DNA of 64,000 bases, from positions 1-64,000 of the forward strand of contig JBGTLG010000041.1 in the NCBI GenBank assembly GCA_041744215.1, in the 5' to 3' direction. Of this stretch, positions 48,447 to 57,509 are shown in pieces (the stretch's first letter is position 1; each line of letters opens with the position of its first letter). The DNA is from Fimbriimonadales bacterium. Lineage in GTDB: Bacteria; Armatimonadota; Fimbriimonadia; Fimbriimonadales; ATM1. Under the pieces are notes generated by a model. The model did no database searches and was not told the DNA's origin. It saw only the letters and a program-made list of their open reading frames with translations. Both the position numbers and the translations under genes were made by a program.

Positions 48447-49115
48447 CTACGAAAGCGATTCGTCTGAGCGCCCGTCGGGTTTCCCGGTGGGCGCTCTGTG
48501 ATTTAACAGCAACGCTTGAGAGGCCGTTCGGGCAGGGACGAAGTCTGGATTGTCACGGACGTACGATTCCAGGCAGGATCCTATCGCCAAGGCCGCCGAA
48601 ACCGCAACGTTTAAGGAAGTGACCATCCCGTACATGGGTATCGCGACGGTCTCATCGCATCTGGCTACGAGCTCCGGCTCTAAACCCTCTAATTCGCGGC
48701 CTAAAACGAGGGCAGCGGGATGCCCCCATTCCATGCCTGGCAGGGGTGTCGCACCTGGTACGAGCGTCAATCCGTAAATGCGGTAGCCGTCCGACCTGGC
48801 GTTATCGATGGCATCCTCCGCAGGTAGCCATTCGACAGGAACCCACTCAATGGCTGCAAAGCAGCCTGAAAAGTCGCGCTCCTTTCGCGGCAATGGGGTG
48901 AAGGAAACGGACTCAACCCGATACGCATCGGCAATCCGAAGAATGTTTCCATGATTTATTCCCTTGTCCAAACCTGAGCAGATGATCCTGATGGGGGCAC
49001 GCGGCAACTCTGTGAATCGAGCCCGTAATCCGGGGTCATCCGCCTCGCGGGAAGCCACCTTGACCACTTCCTCCAGCCTCTTGATCGCCGCCTTCTGGCG
49101 CTTGCTATCGCCCAT
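48447..49115 (-). CDS. TrmH/SpoU family RNA methyltransferase
   Basis: NHGNILR, VLGRELEGL, IPMYGMVTSLNVAVS. Confidence 0.9.
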   Translation of the reverse strand: MGDSKRQKAAIKRLEEVVKVASREADDPGLRARFTELPRAPIRIICSGLDKGINHGNILRIADAYRVESVSFTPLPRKERDFSGCFAAIEWVPVEWLPAEDAIDNARSDGYRIYGLTLVPGATPLPGMEWGHPAALVLGRELEGLEPELVARCDETVAIPMYGMVTSLNVAVSAALAIGSCLESYVRDNPDFVPARTASQALLLNHRAPTGKPDGRSDESLS

Positions 49116-49189
49116 ATGAGGATTCTACGGCTGAAACGAGGTGCGAGTGGGATTCGTAAACGTCATGTACAATTGGAGCGGAAAAATCT

Positions 49190-49750
49190 ATGGGTACTGG
49201 TCTAGTCATTTTCATTGTTGCAGTAGTGCTGCTGCTCGTCGTGGTGGTGGTCCTTTACAACGGCCTGGTCGGCGCGCGACAGCAGGTCAACAACGCCTGG
49301 AGTCAGATCGACGTGCAGTTGCGGCGGCGCTACGATCTGATTCCCAACCTCGTCGAGACCGTGAAGGGCTACATGAAGTTTGAGCAGGAGACGCTCGAAA
49401 AGGTCATGATGGCGCGTTCGGCAGCCATGGACGCCCAGGGCGTTCGCCAGCAAGCGTCGGCGGAGTCGGCTCTAACGAAGGCGCTGGGCGGGCTGTACGC
49501 CGTTGCGGAGAACTATCCTGATCTGAAGGCGAGCGAGAACATGCAGACGCTCCAGGAGGAACTCAGCACGACTGAGAACAAGATCGCCTATGCGCGGCAG
49601 TTCTATAACGACTCCGTGATGAGCTACAACACCAAGCGAGAGACTTTCCCCTCGAACATCATCGCTCAGATGTTCAACTTCAAGTCACGGGATATGTTCG
49701 AGATTGACCTTCCGGAAGCGAGAGAGCCGGTTAAGGTCGAGTTCACGTAG
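49190..49750 (+). CDS. lemA: LemA family protein
   Basis: [41 protein letters not shown]. Confidence 0.96.
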   Translation: MGTGLVIFIVAVVLLLVVVVVLYNGLVGARQQVNNAWSQIDVQLRRRYDLIPNLVETVKGYMKFEQETLEKVMMARSAAMDAQGVRQQASAESALTKALGGLYAVAENYPDLKASENMQTLQEELSTTENKIAYARQFYNDSVMSYNTKRETFPSNIIAQMFNFKSRDMFEIDLPEAREPVKVEFT

Positions 49751-49758
49751 GCACCTAG

Positions 49759-50739
49759 GTGCGTAAAAGCTTCTGGGACGAAATCGCCTCCAATACTCGC
49801 GCCACGTTCATCTTGGTGCTGTTGATGGAGGCGATCCTGTTTGGGGTCGGGGCCGGCATCACCTATTTCGTGGATCCCCAGTTTTGGTGGCTGGGCGGCA
49901 CAGGTGCAGTTGTCGTCGGGCTGATCTACGTTGCTCTGCTTCCGAAGAATGGCGCTTCGATGCTCCTGAAGATGATGGGGGCGCGCGAAGCGAGTGAGCA
50001 GGAGAACCGAGTTCTGCTCAACGTCGCCCACGAGATGAGCATCGCCGCAGGCATTCCCATGCCCGCAGTTTATGTCATCGAAGACGGTTCTCCAAACGCG
50101 TTCGCTACGGGCTGGCACCCCCGCGAAGGCGTCGTTTGCTTCACAACCGGGATCATTCAGAAGCTGAATCGCGACGAGCTACAGGGTGTGATGGCACACG
50201 AGATCGCCCATATCCGGAACCACGACACCAAGTTGATGATGACGCTTGCGCTGACGGTCGGCCTCATTACGCTCTTGAGCGATACGTTCACTCGCGGGAT
50301 GTTCCACTCGGGAAGGCGTGGCCGGAGCCGCGATAGTGGGGGAAACTCGATTCTCGCCGTGTTCATCATTTTGTTCGTGATCCTCGCACCTTTCTTCGCT
50401 TTGCTGGTAAAGATGGCGGTAAGCCGAAAGCGTGAGTTTCTCGCAGATGCGAGCGCGGCACAGCTGACGAGGTATCCAGATGGGTTGGCGGACGCCCTCG
50501 AGAAGATCTCCGGAGACCCCGACGTGCTGGAAGCAGCCAATCGGGCGACCATGCACCTTTTCATCGTCAACCCCCTTCACCGGGAGTCGGGCTTGGAGGC
50601 CACGAACGTTTTTGGCACACACCCGCCAACCGGCGAGCGAGTTCGAAGACTGAGGTCAATGGGCTTCGTGGGGCACAGAAAGTCGGATCGGCCTGAGATT
50701 CCGCCCATGCCTGAAATCCCCCTTCAGAAGCGAGATTAG
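49759..50739 (+). CDS. htpX: M48 zinc metalloprotease HtpX
   Basis: PNAFATG, ELQGVMAHEIAH, REFLAD, THPP. Confidence 0.92.
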   Translation: MRKSFWDEIASNTRATFILVLLMEAILFGVGAGITYFVDPQFWWLGGTGAVVVGLIYVALLPKNGASMLLKMMGAREASEQENRVLLNVAHEMSIAAGIPMPAVYVIEDGSPNAFATGWHPREGVVCFTTGIIQKLNRDELQGVMAHEIAHIRNHDTKLMMTLALTVGLITLLSDTFTRGMFHSGRRGRSRDSGGNSILAVFIILFVILAPFFALLVKMAVSRKREFLADASAAQLTRYPDGLADALEKISGDPDVLEAANRATMHLFIVNPLHRESGLEATNVFGTHPPTGERVRRLRSMGFVGHRKSDRPEIPPMPEIPLQKRD

Positions 50740-50771
50740 GACTGGGACCGGTGGTAGTCTCTCGATTGTTC

Positions 50772-50865
50772 GGGGCCGGCTGGGGGCTGGTGTCTCCTCT
50801 GGTCTTCAAAACCAGTGCGGCGTCGCAAGGCGCTGGGTGGGTTCGATTCCCACACGGTCCCGCCA
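50772..50865 (+). tRNA. selC: tRNA-Sec (anticodon UCA)
   Basis: 94 nt; 8-position acceptor stem; 6-bp D stem with TGGT loop; anticodon arm CTGGT-CTTCAAA-ACCAG; long variable arm; GTGGG-TTCGATT-CCCAC T arm; G discriminator and CCA; TGGTAGTCT -10 upstream. Confidence 0.95.
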
Positions 50866-50976
50866 TGTTCTTTTGGGTGAGTGTGCGAAGGAGCTTCTCT
50901 CGGAAGAAGGTCCTTGTGGCACACAGGCGCGTATCGGCACGAACCAGGAATAATTACTGGGATTTGCCACGAGGAC

Positions 50977-51003
50977 TAAGGAAAGCCAAGAGTTGACCGA
51001 GAA
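50977..51003 (+). promoter_or_regulatory. Sigma28 (FliA)-like promoter
   Basis: TAAG-N15-ACCGAGAA versus consensus TAAA-N15-GCCGATAA; upstream of flgM. Confidence 0.55.
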
Positions 51004-51028
51004 TCAGATCAGAGGCAATAGGCCTCTT

Positions 51029-51099
51029 GACAGAAAAGGGCAATCCCCCGTGCGGGGAGCGCAAAGCCACGGGCCGTGAGGCAAGCCGGGTTGCCTGTC
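51029..51099 (+). ncRNA. Cyclic di-GMP-I (GEMM) riboswitch, compact variant
   Basis: P1 GACAG/CTGTC; AAGGGCAA-stem-GCGCAAAGCC-stem-AGCCGGGTTGCC core matches GEMM motifs. Confidence 0.85.
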
Positions 51100-51143
51100 T
51101 CGAAGTCAGGCTCGTCCAGGAGCCAAAGGATGGAAAGACAGAC

Positions 51144-51422
51144 ATGAAAGTATCGATGGAACAGGTTCGCAAGGTCGTCGAGCAGTCGAAGCTACAGCCT
51201 AGCGACCTGAAGACCGAGACCCTTTTCGACAAGGACCTGACGGCGTCGGCAGACGCAAAGCTGATCCGGCAGGTAGTCGATGAGGTTATGCAGATGCCTG
51301 AGGTCCGCGCCGAATTGGTAGCGGAGCTCAAAGCCAAAATCGAGCTGGGCGAATACAGCCCCAGTTCTGAAGACATCGTCGAAGCGATGGTTCGGCGAGC
51401 GATCGCCGACCGAATCCGCTAA
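51144..51422 (+). CDS. flgM: Anti-sigma28 factor FlgM
   Basis: 92 aa; C-terminal PEVRAELVAELKAKIELGEY...EDIVEAM FlgM signature. Confidence 0.85.
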   Translation: MKVSMEQVRKVVEQSKLQPSDLKTETLFDKDLTASADAKLIRQVVDEVMQMPEVRAELVAELKAKIELGEYSPSSEDIVEAMVRRAIADRIR

Positions 51423-51515
51423 GCCTACTACCGGACAAGCGCGAATTTTCGAGGGCAACAGCCAGCTGGCTGTTGCCCTCGATTCCTTTGGTTTGATTCT
51501 CGGTAGACTTGACCT

Positions 51516-52625
51516 ATGAGAAAACTAATCGCGTTCCTGTTGGTGGCGGCGATTTCGTGCTGCTCCTTCGCAGCAGATTTGGGTGTCGGCGACAAAGCTC
51601 CTCCGTTGAAAATTGCCGAGTGGGTCAAAGGTGAGCCTGTCAACACCCTCGAGAAGGGGCGCGTATACGTTGTCGAGTTTTGGGCGTCCTGGTGTGGTCC
51701 TTGCGTCGAAGGGATCCCACATTTGACAGAACTCGCGAAAAAGTACGCTGAGAGCGTTACGATCGTTGGCGTCAACATCTGGGAAGACCCTGAGGCGACA
51801 GACACTTCTTACTTTTCGACCGTCAAGTCGTTTGTCTCGAGGATGGGTGAGAAAATGGACTACGTCATCGGCATCGATGGGCCGAATGGCGATATGGCAA
51901 AAACTTGGATGCAGGCAGCGGGGCAAAATGGCATCCCAGCCGCCTTCGTCGTCAATGGCGATGGGTTAATCGTTTGGATTGGGCATCCAATGAATCTTGA
52001 TGGTGTGTTGGAAAAAGTTGTTGCCGGGTCGTGGGATTTGGAGACTGCGAAACAGCACGCGAAAAGCGAGCAAGAGGCTAACGAACTTCTCGGCAAGCTG
52101 TATCAGGAGATGCAGGATGTTGTCGAAGATGAAGTCAAGTCCCTCGAGTTTGCCGACAAGCTTGAAAAATTGATTGAGGAAAAGCCCAGCTTGTTAAGAC
52201 ACCTTGCTGGCTTGAAGTTTGGGAGCTTGGTGGCGAAGCATCCTGAAAAGGCCATGGAAGCCGCTCGCGCGTTCTTTAAGGGCGAACTGCGCGATGACGT
52301 TGACTTCCTCATGACGGTGTCAATGGGAATTCTTGAGCGCGAAGATCCAAAGATGGACTACGTTCTTGCCCTTGAGATGGCTCGCAAATTCGTTGACTCG
52401 GTTGGCGTAGACAGTCCGTTTTCGCTCGATGTTTTGGCTATGGCTCATTATCGAAATGGAAACTATGTTGAAGCGATTTTGATTGGGGAGAAGTCTGTCG
52501 CGCTGATTGATGCTGATATTCAAGCTGCGGTCGATTCTGGAAAGGAAGTTCCAAGAGGTTTTATACAGGTTCGCCAGTTTTTGTCTGATCGCGTGGAGAT
52601 GTATAAGAAGCGGGGCAAGGGCTAG
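51516..52625 (+). CDS. TlpA-like thiol-disulfide oxidoreductase with helical/TPR C-terminus
   Basis: Signal peptide, VGDKAPPL, EFWASWCGPC, GIPAAFVV, WIGHPM. Confidence 0.9.
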   Translation: MRKLIAFLLVAAISCCSFAADLGVGDKAPPLKIAEWVKGEPVNTLEKGRVYVVEFWASWCGPCVEGIPHLTELAKKYAESVTIVGVNIWEDPEATDTSYFSTVKSFVSRMGEKMDYVIGIDGPNGDMAKTWMQAAGQNGIPAAFVVNGDGLIVWIGHPMNLDGVLEKVVAGSWDLETAKQHAKSEQEANELLGKLYQEMQDVVEDEVKSLEFADKLEKLIEEKPSLLRHLAGLKFGSLVAKHPEKAMEAARAFFKGELRDDVDFLMTVSMGILEREDPKMDYVLALEMARKFVDSVGVDSPFSLDVLAMAHYRNGNYVEAILIGEKSVALIDADIQAAVDSGKEVPRGFIQVRQFLSDRVEMYKKRGKG

Positions 52626-52799
52626 CACCTTCGTTTCAGGCCGCGTTCCAAGCTTGGGAATTGGGCAACGGCTGTAGGCCGACTACGGTCAGATTCTCCG
52701 CGCCGTCACGGCTCTCTGGCGAGGCATTCGCGCCGTGGATCCTTTGAAACTTCATTCCAGACCTGTAGCCACGCACGCGATCCTCCGAAAATCGAGTAT

Positions 52800-52821
52800 A
52801 TAGTAGACGTATATCTACTAT
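52800..52821. promoter_or_regulatory. Perfect palindromic operator upstream of imuB
   Basis: ATAGTAGA-cgtata-TCTACTAT immediately before the GAGGAGG SD. Confidence 0.65.
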
Positions 52822-52836
52822 TCGAGGAGGATGCCG

Positions 52837-54045
52837 ATGGGCGCTGTGGCTTTTGTGGCGTTCGATGGCTTCTATGTAGCCGCCTATTCGAGGTCGCACC
52901 CCGAGGCCGGAAAGTCAATCGTGGTGCTAAAGGACCGGAGAGTCATCGACGCTTCGGCTGATACGCGGCGCCTGGGTGTCGGACCTGGGATGACAGCAGC
53001 CGAGGCCAAATACACAGCACGTGGCTTTGAGACTGCCCCGATCTTTGTCGAATATCGCAACGAAGACTTTTTGCCGTTCTCCGAGAGCTATTTGAAAGTC
53101 TGCGCAGAATACGCGTCGGCCGTCGAGCCAGTAGCGGAACATTGCGCTTTCTTGGACCTCGGGTTGCTTGCTGGAGCGCGCGAGGTTGCTTATGCGCTGG
53201 CGGCTGATTTGTATCACGCAGTAAAGGTGTGCGCCCGTATCGGGATCGCGGAATGCAAACTGGTCGCAAAGATTGCTGCGGAGCGCGCCGTGGGCGACGT
53301 AGAAATCGTTGCTGCACGGGGAGATGAGGCATACATTGCTCCCCTTCCAATCGAATCGCTTTGGCGTGTCGATCGCAACTGCCTATTGCGACTACGAAAT
53401 CTTGGGTATCGAACTGTCGGGGAGGTGGCAGCTTTTGATGCTGCACTTCTGCGAAAGCATTTTGGAGACGAAGGCTTTCGTATCTCACAACTTGCGAAAG
53501 GGATCGACAGATCTCGGATTGAGAGCATCTATCCGCCCGATGACATCCGTGCGCAGTTTCACTTTCCGCAACCCGCCAGACTGTCGAGCGAGATTGAACC
53601 TTCGATATTCGATCTTGCGCGCACACTATCGGAGGAACTATCAGCGCGATCGCGCATGGCGAGCATCATTGAACTCGCTGCTACATTTGAAGATAGCTCT
53701 ATGCGCTTGACGTGCAGAGAATTTGCAAAGCCCATGCATACCTACGGCGCACTGCTAACTGGATTGCGTTTAACATTGCGGAACATAAACATTGATGAAG
53801 AATTGGCTTCTCTGTCGGTGAAGCTGAATAAGGTCGTCGCACTCGACACACGGCAAATCTCGATGCCAGGGACCTCAGCTGATGCCGGCAGCAAGGACTT
53901 GATTCTAGAATCAGCAGAACGTACGGCAAAACAACTGCAAGAAACGTTTGGTGAGGAGTCTGTGTTGCGTGCAAGCAACCGATTTGTTGAGCGAAGAGAC
54001 TTGCTCTTGCGCGCGTGGAAGGAGGCAACATCTTGGAGCGATTGA
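52837..54045 (+). CDS. imuB: ImuB-like catalytically inactive Y-family polymerase
   Basis: Y-family fold motifs (GMTAAEA, IGIAECKLVAKIA, LPIESLW); catalytic SIDE replaced by VAEHC; clamp-like QISM; overlaps dnaE2. Confidence 0.82.
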   Translation: MGAVAFVAFDGFYVAAYSRSHPEAGKSIVVLKDRRVIDASADTRRLGVGPGMTAAEAKYTARGFETAPIFVEYRNEDFLPFSESYLKVCAEYASAVEPVAEHCAFLDLGLLAGAREVAYALAADLYHAVKVCARIGIAECKLVAKIAAERAVGDVEIVAARGDEAYIAPLPIESLWRVDRNCLLRLRNLGYRTVGEVAAFDAALLRKHFGDEGFRISQLAKGIDRSRIESIYPPDDIRAQFHFPQPARLSSEIEPSIFDLARTLSEELSARSRMASIIELAATFEDSSMRLTCREFAKPMHTYGALLTGLRLTLRNINIDEELASLSVKLNKVVALDTRQISMPGTSADAGSKDLILESAERTAKQLQETFGEESVLRASNRFVERRDLLLRAWKEATSWSD

Positions 54046-57000
54046 TTGCAAGATGGCGAGAGACTGGCAGGTGGTGGGAGGGAGAGCCTGAGCGCGAGTT
54101 CGCTCGTTTTCTCGATAATGATAACATCGTCCGCGAGTCTGTCCGCGAGCACACTTGTGTCATTCAACCAAAAAGACTAATGGTTAAAGAGGATGTGACA
54201 TTTGAAGTTGCCCGCACTGTCGACTACGAAGTGATAAAACGCGAAACTCGTGATTCGCGATTAGAATTGGAAAGAATCAATACCCTAAAAGCTTTGCCAG
54301 GTTCATCGAGTTATGTTCCACTGCATTGCGTTTCGGCTTACTCATTTGGCAGGAGCTCGCTTACTCCTGAGCGCATCGTGGCGAAAGCATACTTAGGCGG
54401 CATGCAATCCGTTGCGATGGCAGACCGTTTTTCGCTTTCAGGATCACACGCTTTCTGCAGCGCTGCGCGCGACATAGGAATCAAACCAATCATAGGGGCG
54501 AGCATTGAAATGGAGAGCGGAGGCGAGCTGGTTTTGCTTGCTATGAGCGCAGATGGCTATATCAATCTGTCTCGCTTGATCACTCGATGTCATCTCGATG
54601 AGCCGCGCCAGCACCCACTTTGCAACTGGGATCGACTGGCGGAGTATTCAGATGGTTTAGTTTGCCTGACAGGCGGGCATTACGGGCCCATAAATATTGC
54701 CCTTATCGGCAGGCAGCGACCAGCCGCACGCGATGCAATCCTACGCTTAAGAAAGATTTTTGGCACTGAAAGGCTTTATGTCGAAATTGAACGGTCTATG
54801 GCGCATTGGGAGCTGTCAGTCAACATCGCACTACTCGAGATAGCCAGCGACTTTGGCCTGCGCGCTATTGCCGGAGGAACGATCGCACACGAGCATAAGG
54901 ACACTTTCGCAGCACAAGATGCTCTCCTTTGCGCAGAGACACTCTGCACCGTTGAGGAAATCATTGGTCGAAAGCCACAGCGCCACGCAGACCAACCACC
55001 TATCAAGCCTCTCCCACTGCGTTGGATGAACGCCGAAAGACGGTTTCGCGATGGCAAAGAGTTTGAAGCGCTATTTCGAGATCACCCTGAATTGATCACA
55101 AACGCCAAGCAGATTGCCAGCGATGCGCCAGATTGGCCGCTACCAAATAGGCCGCCGTTTCCAAGCTTCGAAGACGCACCTGAATGCATTTTACGCAATG
55201 TTGTTTATGACGGCGCGGCACGAAGGTACTTTCACATGACTCCAAAGGTCCGCAAGCGGATTGACATGGAGTTGAAACGAATATGCGATTTGGGCTTTGC
55301 TAGCCATTTCCTAGCAATGTGGGAAGCCTGCAGATGGGCGAAGAGCCGTAGCATTTTGTATAGTGCACGAGGCTCGGTAGTCGATAGTGCAGCAGCATAT
55401 TGCCTTGGGCTGTCGCGCATTGATGCAATTGAGCACGACTTGCACTTCGACCGCTTTTTACCTGGGGACGGAAGCAAGCGACCGGACATTGACATTGATT
55501 TTGAAGCCAGTCGGCGAAATGACGTGCGTGAGTTTTTTGTGCGTCGCTACGGTCGCGAGCATGTGGCCGGCGTAGCAGCGATAGCAACGTATCAGGGCCG
55601 CGGAATCGTGCGTATGATTGGCAAGGCGATGATGCTTCCAGAAAGCGTCATCGATCTTCTTGCTAAGAGAATGCACGGTTCAGTTACAGGTAGGAATATC
55701 GAAGCTGCGCTGCTGACACGACCAGAACTAAGAGACAGTGGCATTCCGAAAGAGCGTTTTCTTCTGCTCTTTGAAATCGCGAGGCAGGTCGATGGTTTGC
55801 CAAGAGGAATCGCCGCGCACTCGTCTGGATTGGTTCTATCGTCCGTTCCCATTTGCGATACTGTTCCGGTCATGAATTCTGCACTCGGAGACGCGCCTAT
55901 CATACAATGGGACAAGTACTCTTCGAAGCACTACTTCGACAAGTTCGATATCTTGTGTCTAAGGGGGCAAGATGTTCTTGCTGGAACGCAGCAGCGAGTA
56001 CGCCTTAACTCCGGAGCCGACCTAAACGTTGAGCGCATACCATTAGATGACGAGATGACGTTCGAAGCTTTTCGCCAAGGCAATCTCATCGGAATTCCCC
56101 AAAGCGCGTCACCTGCCATGCGTCAAGCTCACATGCGATTGCGCACGCGCAATCTGCACGATGCGAGTTTAGTGCAGGCTGGGATTCGCCCAGGAGTAGG
56201 CGGAGCAGTGAAGATCAATGCGCTGATTCGCAGACGCAGAGGATTGGAGAATTACGCATATCCTCATCCTTTATTGGAAGAAATACTTGGGATGAGCTAT
56301 GGGATTATAGTGTTTCAGGAGCAAGTTGACCAGTTATTACAGGGATTCGCGGGATACACGTCAGGTGAGGCGGAGGAGATACGTGAGAAGATCCATAAGC
56401 TTCGCGCGAACGATTGGGGAGACACAATTCACGATGTTCTCATTGAAAGAATTCTCAGTCGTGGATTCTCCAACGAAGTCGCGGAGCACGTTTTTGATTT
56501 AGTCTCAGGTTTTCGCGGCTATGGCTTTGCGCAAGGACACGCACTATCGTTTGCGGAGATATCAATTCGTTGCACTTATCTACAAAACAACTACCCGTCT
56601 GAATACTTTGCCTCGTTGCTAACTTCTCAGCCAGCAGGATACTACGGACCAGGAACGATCGCCAATGAAGCACGCATTCGTGGCGTAAGAATATTGCCGA
56701 TCGATATCAATAGCAGTGATGAGATCTTTACTGCCAGCGACCGTGCAATACGCGTGGGACTGATGCAACTGCACGGCCTTTCCGCTCCAACAGCCCAGCG
56801 CATCGCAGGCAATCGCCCCTATCGATCGATCTTTGATTTTTGTGCGCGCGCCAAACCGAATGCTGAAGAACTTGAGTTTCTGATATTGTCTGGAGCTTTC
56901 GATACCCTGCACTCGAATCGCCGTGCGCTTTTATGGGTACTTCCTGAAGCGATCAAACTTGCACATGTTTCGACACCTGGCAATGTGCTCTTCGAGGATG

Positions 57001-57500
57001 AGCCAGTGGGCGTTGTTCCAGAAAATATATCCGACTTTTCGGCTTATGAAAAAGCCGTACTTGAGCGGGCAATGCTCGGCATGGACATTAAAGAGCACCT
57101 CATGTCATTCGAGCGCGATCGCATCAGAGGGAAAGGCGGTATCACTTGTGCTGACGCTGCCGTTCTTATGCCAGGAAAGAAAGTTGTCGTTTGCGGGCTG
57201 GCCATGCGGCTTAGATTTCCACCAACGGCGTCTGGACGGCGTGTCGTGTTTTTCGATTTAGAAGATGAAACCTCGCTGTTGAACGTTACATGCTTTGATG
57301 AAACTTATCAGCGCGACGGCCACGCAATCATATGCTCCCCATTTGTTACCCTGATCGGAACTAGTCAAGAACGTGACGGGCACCCCGCATTCTTAGCGCA
57401 CCGTGTTTTCCCTTATCGACTTAGCGCAGAGGCAGCCACCTTCGCCCAAGAGAGGCGGGCTGTGCATGCCGAAGATTTCATCATCAGAAAGGGGAGGTAG
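54015..57500 (+). CDS. dnaE2: Error-prone DNA polymerase III alpha subunit DnaE2 (ImuC)
   Basis: LHCVSAYSF PHP start, RGS, RPDIDIDFE, KFDILCL, FQEQV, YGFAQGHA, SQPAGYY, OB fold LEDET; linked to imuB. Confidence 0.9.
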   Translation: MEGGNILERLIARWRETGRWWEGEPEREFARFLDNDNIVRESVREHTCVIQPKRLMVKEDVTFEVARTVDYEVIKRETRDSRLELERINTLKALPGSSSYVPLHCVSAYSFGRSSLTPERIVAKAYLGGMQSVAMADRFSLSGSHAFCSAARDIGIKPIIGASIEMESGGELVLLAMSADGYINLSRLITRCHLDEPRQHPLCNWDRLAEYSDGLVCLTGGHYGPINIALIGRQRPAARDAILRLRKIFGTERLYVEIERSMAHWELSVNIALLEIASDFGLRAIAGGTIAHEHKDTFAAQDALLCAETLCTVEEIIGRKPQRHADQPPIKPLPLRWMNAERRFRDGKEFEALFRDHPELITNAKQIASDAPDWPLPNRPPFPSFEDAPECILRNVVYDGAARRYFHMTPKVRKRIDMELKRICDLGFASHFLAMWEACRWAKSRSILYSARGSVVDSAAAYCLGLSRIDAIEHDLHFDRFLPGDGSKRPDIDIDFEASRRNDVREFFVRRYGREHVAGVAAIATYQGRGIVRMIGKAMMLPESVIDLLAKRMHGSVTGRNIEAALLTRPELRDSGIPKERFLLLFEIARQVDGLPRGIAAHSSGLVLSSVPICDTVPVMNSALGDAPIIQWDKYSSKHYFDKFDILCLRGQDVLAGTQQRVRLNSGADLNVERIPLDDEMTFEAFRQGNLIGIPQSASPAMRQAHMRLRTRNLHDASLVQAGIRPGVGGAVKINALIRRRRGLENYAYPHPLLEEILGMSYGIIVFQEQVDQLLQGFAGYTSGEAEEIREKIHKLRANDWGDTIHDVLIERILSRGFSNEVAEHVFDLVSGFRGYGFAQGHALSFAEISIRCTYLQNNYPSEYFASLLTSQPAGYYGPGTIANEARIRGVRILPIDINSSDEIFTASDRAIRVGLMQLHGLSAPTAQRIAGNRPYRSIFDFCARAKPNAEELEFLILSGAFDTLHSNRRALLWVLPEAIKLAHVSTPGNVLFEDEPVGVVPENISDFSAYEKAVLERAMLGMDIKEHLMSFERDRIRGKGGITCADAAVLMPGKKVVVCGLAMRLRFPPTASGRRVVFFDLEDETSLLNVTCFDETYQRDGHAIICSPFVTLIGTSQERDGHPAFLAHRVFPYRLSAEAATFAQERRAVHAEDFIIRKGR

Positions 57501-57509
57501 AATGCCATA

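Noticed and set aside
51027-51143. N-terminal extension of FlgM from TTG 51027
   Set aside because: It runs through the riboswitch aptamer; ATG 51144 gives a normal-sized FlgM
51516-52625. Selenoprotein near selC
   Set aside because: The thioredoxin-fold protein has a plain WCGPC with no in-frame TGA; I saw no gene in the window that clearly needs UGA read-through
52636-52755. 39-aa minus-strand ORF (MKFQRIHG...) between tlpA and imuB
   Set aside because: No clear SD or -10 and no recognisable motif
50866-57500. Genomic island integrated at tRNA-Sec
   Set aside because: No integrase and no duplicated tRNA 3' end seen; only a lower GC content in part of the region
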